In this document: positions 59,961 to 64,000 of the stretch, one piece after another
Layout: every line of letters begins with the position of its first letter
Position numbering within the stretch: position 1 is the first letter of the stretch
Source of the DNA: Tetramitus jugosus
Lineage: Eukaryota > Protista > Heterolobosea
Assembly: GCA_937625935.1 (NCBI GenBank)
Contig: OW569348.1
Coordinates: 62,001 to 126,000, forward strand
Length of the DNA: 64,000 nt
Direction of reading: 5' to 3'
Made by a program: the position numbers and the translations under genes
Notes under the pieces: generated by a model
What the model saw: the letters and a program-made list of their open reading frames with translations, nothing else
Databases searched by the model: none
What the model was told of the DNA's origin: nothing

Positions 59961-60502
59961 AATAATCTATGCCTTTTCTTTTGAGTCCTTTCGAAATCTC
60001 TGTTAAACACTGTGAACGTTAAAACTCCTGAGTGTAGGGTTGTGCCGGTACAGTCTCGACCGTCCATCTTGCGAGATTGAAGGATCATTGGCTATCCTTT
60101 GCCCGATTGCACTCTTCGTGCTTTGAGAAGAAGCTAAAGTTATCTGTTTTTGAATAAGGAAGTGACTTTTATGTGTCGGACATTCCAATTTCGCTCGTTT
60201 AGCAGGGCAAATATCATCGCTGTGCACTTCTTGGGGTCTCATCCTTTTTTCTGTAGATTGAGTAGCGCTCGTTCAACCAGAATCGGAAAAAATATCTTGA
60301 TTTGAACGGGTAGTGGATTTCGTCACTGCATAACAGTAGTCGTACGGTGCTTGGGTTGCTGGTGGTGTCATGCTGCAGTGTCGTGTGTTTGTCCAATGGG
60401 GTAGCTTTTTTTGGTATTCTGTATGAATCTTTTTTCACAAAAGAATTGCATCACAGAAGCAAGACAAAACAACAACCATGGAGAGGATTCGCTCAACAAC
60501 CC

Positions 60503-61591
60503 CTATTGCTCATCCGTTTGAGTTTGTGTCAACAACAACTTTTGAAAGTGCGAATCAATCTTCTCCAATGCACTCAAGCTCGAATCATGAATAGGCAAGT
60601 GATACTCTGCCAATGTTGTGTCATCCAAGTGCTCTGCATCACTCTTGGATGCATTGATGCGAATGAGCATAGATTTGCCACGTGTGTCACGCACGACATT
60701 CTCACACTCTAGGCGCACTTCAGGCACTCTCTGTCCACATCCCATCTCCAACACAATGAATGGATAGGTAGTAGTAACAGCAGCATCATCATCCGTATTA
60801 GAAGTAGTCGTATTCATGTTCATTCGAATGCTATTCTCTACGACGCACTCCCATGCGACATAAGTGTCCTCTTCTCTCTTGTGCAACCTCCACTGTTCAT
60901 CACCAAAGAGCAGAACATTGGGTCGAGTCCACTTGTTGCAACATTTGCACTTGAAAACAGAGTCATGAAACTGGAGTTCGTTCTCAATGGTCATTGTATC
61001 CATGTTTAACTGCATTTGATTCAATGTGTCGATGGGAAAGTTCCACACACCACTGTCATTGGCACAATCGATATCAGAGCACTGCCATTGAAACACATTG
61101 CCATGAATTTCATACAGTTGTTCTGGTGAGAACTCTTTGGTGAAATGGGCATCCACATTGCTCGTGTACACAAATGTGCTCTGAGCAACCTTTGGGGATG
61201 CACTGTCTTGGTGATAGGCAGAAAGAAACTCTCGTTGACGATTCTCAAAATTTGGATGCACAGTGCCATTGCTCATGGACTTGAGCTTGTTTGTCAAGTA
61301 TTGATCCCATTTCTTCAAAATGTGATAGCCCTTGTGATGCGCCGTTGAATGGTATTGCTTCATGCATGATACCCAAAAACCATAGAACAGCGAAACATCT
61401 TCCAATGATCCGTCCAAGAGAGTTGGACGTGCGAGATCATGATACGACAACTGCTTTTGCTGATAGACACCAATTTTGGCAATGTCATTATAAACTGGCA
61501 ATCCACTGCATGCTGAGAAGCCTGCACCGGTAGCAATCAACAAAAAACTACCATTAAAAATATGTTGAGCAGCTTGTTCAAACGCGTTCAT
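60503..61591 (-). CDS. Sir2-family NAD-dependent deacylase
   Basis: TGAGFSACSGLP, TSNVDAHF, EIHGN, Cys pairs (CSDIDC, CKCC), RPNVLLFGD, EMGCG, RIN. Confidence 0.88.
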   Translation of the reverse strand: MNAFEQAAQHIFNGSFLLIATGAGFSACSGLPVYNDIAKIGVYQQKQLSYHDLARPTLLDGSLEDVSLFYGFWVSCMKQYHSTAHHKGYHILKKWDQYLTNKLKSMSNGTVHPNFENRQREFLSAYHQDSASPKVAQSTFVYTSNVDAHFTKEFSPEQLYEIHGNVFQWQCSDIDCANDSGVWNFPIDTLNQMQLNMDTMTIENELQFHDSVFKCKCCNKWTRPNVLLFGDEQWRLHKREEDTYVAWECVVENSIRMNMNTTTSNTDDDAAVTTTYPFIVLEMGCGQRVPEVRLECENVVRDTRGKSMLIRINASKSDAEHLDDTTLAEYHLPIHDSSLSALEKIDSHFQKLLLTQTQTDEQ

Positions 61592-61673
61592 GGTGAACAG
61601 TCTCTTTTCTCTTTTTGTGTTGTTGTTTTTCACAATCAAAATATTTTATTCCAAACAAATGATAGCCCAGCAA

Positions 61674-64000
61674 TTATGGATTGTTGTGCTCTTTTGAGAT
61701 TGCACGTCCACTTCTTAATTCCGTGTTCACTCCCTCATCTGTTGTCGTCACGGTTCTCAAATAGGTCAAGAACTCTTCTACTTGATCAGGTTGCTCACAG
61801 TTCAATCGATTGAATCTTCGTACAATCTCCATGTCTCTCTCGTGTCTCCATTGATCATTGGCACTCTCTAGTTTCTGAACTGGTTGGTTGTGTCTCATCT
61901 GGTGAGACACGTATCTGGCTCTGTTCAGAATCTCCTTGGGCACTCCAGCCATCTGTGCACACAAGATACCATACTAAGTGTGGTGGTTGTAAGTAACATT
62001 GATCACACAAACAGATAACAATTGTCCGAGTATTGATACAATAAGAATGAACAAGTACATACTGATGGTGTAATTCTGCCCGGTACTAGCTTGTACAGGA
62101 ATACGATGTCATCGGCATCGATTTCGTTGCTCAGTTGTTTCTCATCCGTCACCTCTTCATTGTCATCGTCATGAACATTCACATCCTTTCCATTGTGTTG
62201 AACCACTGCGTCCATGGTCCAAAATTTGACTCTGAGATTCGAATCGATACTTTGAGTTCCCGTTTTGTTGGATGAAACAGGTTCCCAATTGATCAATTGA
62301 TACTCCAGTAACTCAGTATAGTGAGTGGATACGAACACTCGGGGACACTTGTCCTTCATCTGGACCAAGTAGGAGAGAGTGGACGCAAGCAATGACAATC
62401 CATCGAGTGCCAATGTACCCTTACCAAACTCATCAATCAACAGTAGAGATCTCTCTGTGCACGCTGTGGTCATGTGATTCATTTGTAGTAAATCGACAGC
62501 AAATGTGGATTGGTGAACAGAGACACTGTCATGACTTTGTATTCGAGTCATGATTTGATCTGTGAGACCAATCACTGCCCTTTGTGCAGGCACAAACGAT
62601 CCTATATGAGCCATGTATACAATGAGACCCACTTGCTTCAGATATACTGTTTTGCCTGAATTATTGGCACCGGTAATAAGGTTGACTCTATCAGAAGAAA
62701 TGTCTTCCTGTTCATCATGATCATTCGCGTTATCGTCATCCATAAGGTTGAGGTAATGCTGGTTCTTGGAGGAAGATGGGGGAGATATGACAATATGAGT
62801 ATCATTAGGAATAAATGTGCTCACAGTAAGTTCTTGCAATGGATGTCTCCCCTGTTCAATCTCTAAATGGTTGGACTTGGTGATGCTTGGTCTCACATAG
62901 CAATTTTCCTTGGCAACAATCGCGAGTGATATTAAGCAGTCCAATTCAGCACATACTTCACTCACTCTTGCCACTGATTCACTCGAATTCAAAACATATT
63001 TTTCAATATTTCTCACGATGCAACTCTCAATCTCCAATATCTGTCCATGAACATCTCCCACTTCTTCATCCAGATCATGCATTGTTTTATTCTTGTAATA
63101 GAGACACTCTGACGACATAAACTAAAGGAAACTGTGTTAGAATTTGTGAAATACACACGGAATTGCGTGACAACTTACACTAAATTCGACACCAGGGATC
63201 TCTGGACTTGTTTCATTGGTTTCAGTCCTTTGTATTGCAATCAGATACCCTAACTGAGGATAGTAAACAATGTTAAAGGGAGGAAAATCATCTGGCAGTA
63301 GACCAGCTTCTTGATCAGCAACTAAACTGAGAAATCTATCCAATCCATTATATGTTTCCTTCTTTTCATCAAGTTCTTCATCGATTCCTGGTAATATTAC
63401 AATTCGGTTCACTGCTTTTGATTCTTTAAAATCGATAGCAGTTGACATCACTTGTAAATTTCCCAAGATATCTTGATTCATGGCCTTCACTAGCCTATGA
63501 ATTGCAGGTACTTGACTCAACAAATTGTCATCCACAGAACACAGCTCATAGATAGTCTTGAAACAATACAAGGTCTTATACAAATTTGACCAATCATTCA
63601 CTGAAGCTTTCACCTCCTTGATTCGCTTCAACATGGCCTTTGTGTTCTTCATGTGTTTTAAGCTATCTCTCAACTCATTGGTCAGTTCAGTATTGTATGG
63701 TTGAGAGAAAAACTGAACACCATTCATACGTTGATTAATCTCTTCCACATCCATCAATGGTTGCAAAAACCATTGTCTCAACAAGTCTCTTCCAATCTTT
63801 GACTTGGTTTTATTGAGAATACCAAAGAGAGAGTGGCCCTCCTTGGAAACACCGATTTTTCGTGCCATAGATGGATGTCGTTCAATGTGAAACACACCGA
63901 GAGACTTAAGAGTGCTCATATCAACTTGCATAAAACCAGAGCTACAAACAGATTCAGTACATCTATGGTACAATATGTATCACACTATAAGCTACTGCAT
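61674..64000 (-). CDS. MSH5: MutS homolog 5 (meiotic), 5'-partial; introns 61974-62062, 63122-63178 and another beginning near 63942
   Basis: TLKSLGVF...HPS....G.SKEG.SLFGILN; GRHPLQEL; TGANNSGKTVYLKQVGLI; STFAVDL; IDEFGKGT; STH; SYG..CA..AG. Confidence 0.92.

Noticed and set aside
60000-60480. ATTGCACT (U1 loop II-like) and short hairpins in a long intergenic region
   Set aside because: No ACTTACCTG 5' end or Sm site; nothing beyond chance
1-64000. tRNA, rRNA, CRISPR arrays, transposases or retroelements
   Set aside because: No recognisable signatures found by eye; most remaining short ORFs in the track are antisense shadows of real genes

Overview
A very gene-dense eukaryotic window (about 40 genes in 64 kb, standard genetic code, short GT-AG introns mostly with GTATGT/GTAAGT donors and CTAAC-like branch points, CAA-rich leaders, intergenic gaps down to 1 bp). 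Gene style and content (Cache-domain cyclase, F-box/LRR and BTB proteins, multi-TH1 myosin I) suggest a free-living protist, possibly a heterolobosean (inference only). Recognisable genes: mitochondrial RRF (partial), LEA_2 protein, two F-box/LRR proteins, TMEM220, RBBP6/Mpe1, myosin I, nodulin-like MFS transporter, CUL1, a BTB protein, an EF-hand protein, cysteine synthase, hemerythrin, ETF-beta, an At4g15545-like protein, TMEM161, mS38/COX24, a purine PRTase, ACMSD, a CUL3-like cullin, GH47 mannosidase, M1 aminopeptidase, SPX-EXS, an H-type lectin protein, G-alpha, ARL16, a questin-oxidase-like protein, a class III cyclase-like protein, a sirtuin and MSH5 (partial). I found no rRNA, tRNA, CRISPR array or transposon. 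Best leads: (1) a myosin I with four tandem TH1 domains and a C-terminal RhoGDI-like domain; (2) a BTB protein ending in a catalytically dead Rac/Rho-like domain (inverted RhoBTB), head-to-head with CUL1; (3) an intronless ORF resembling bacterial AbiEi-type antitoxins; (4) a fully nested structured non-coding element upstream of cysteine synthase; (5) AATAAA fused to the stop codon in many genes. All family calls are from motif recognition by eye; no searches were run.
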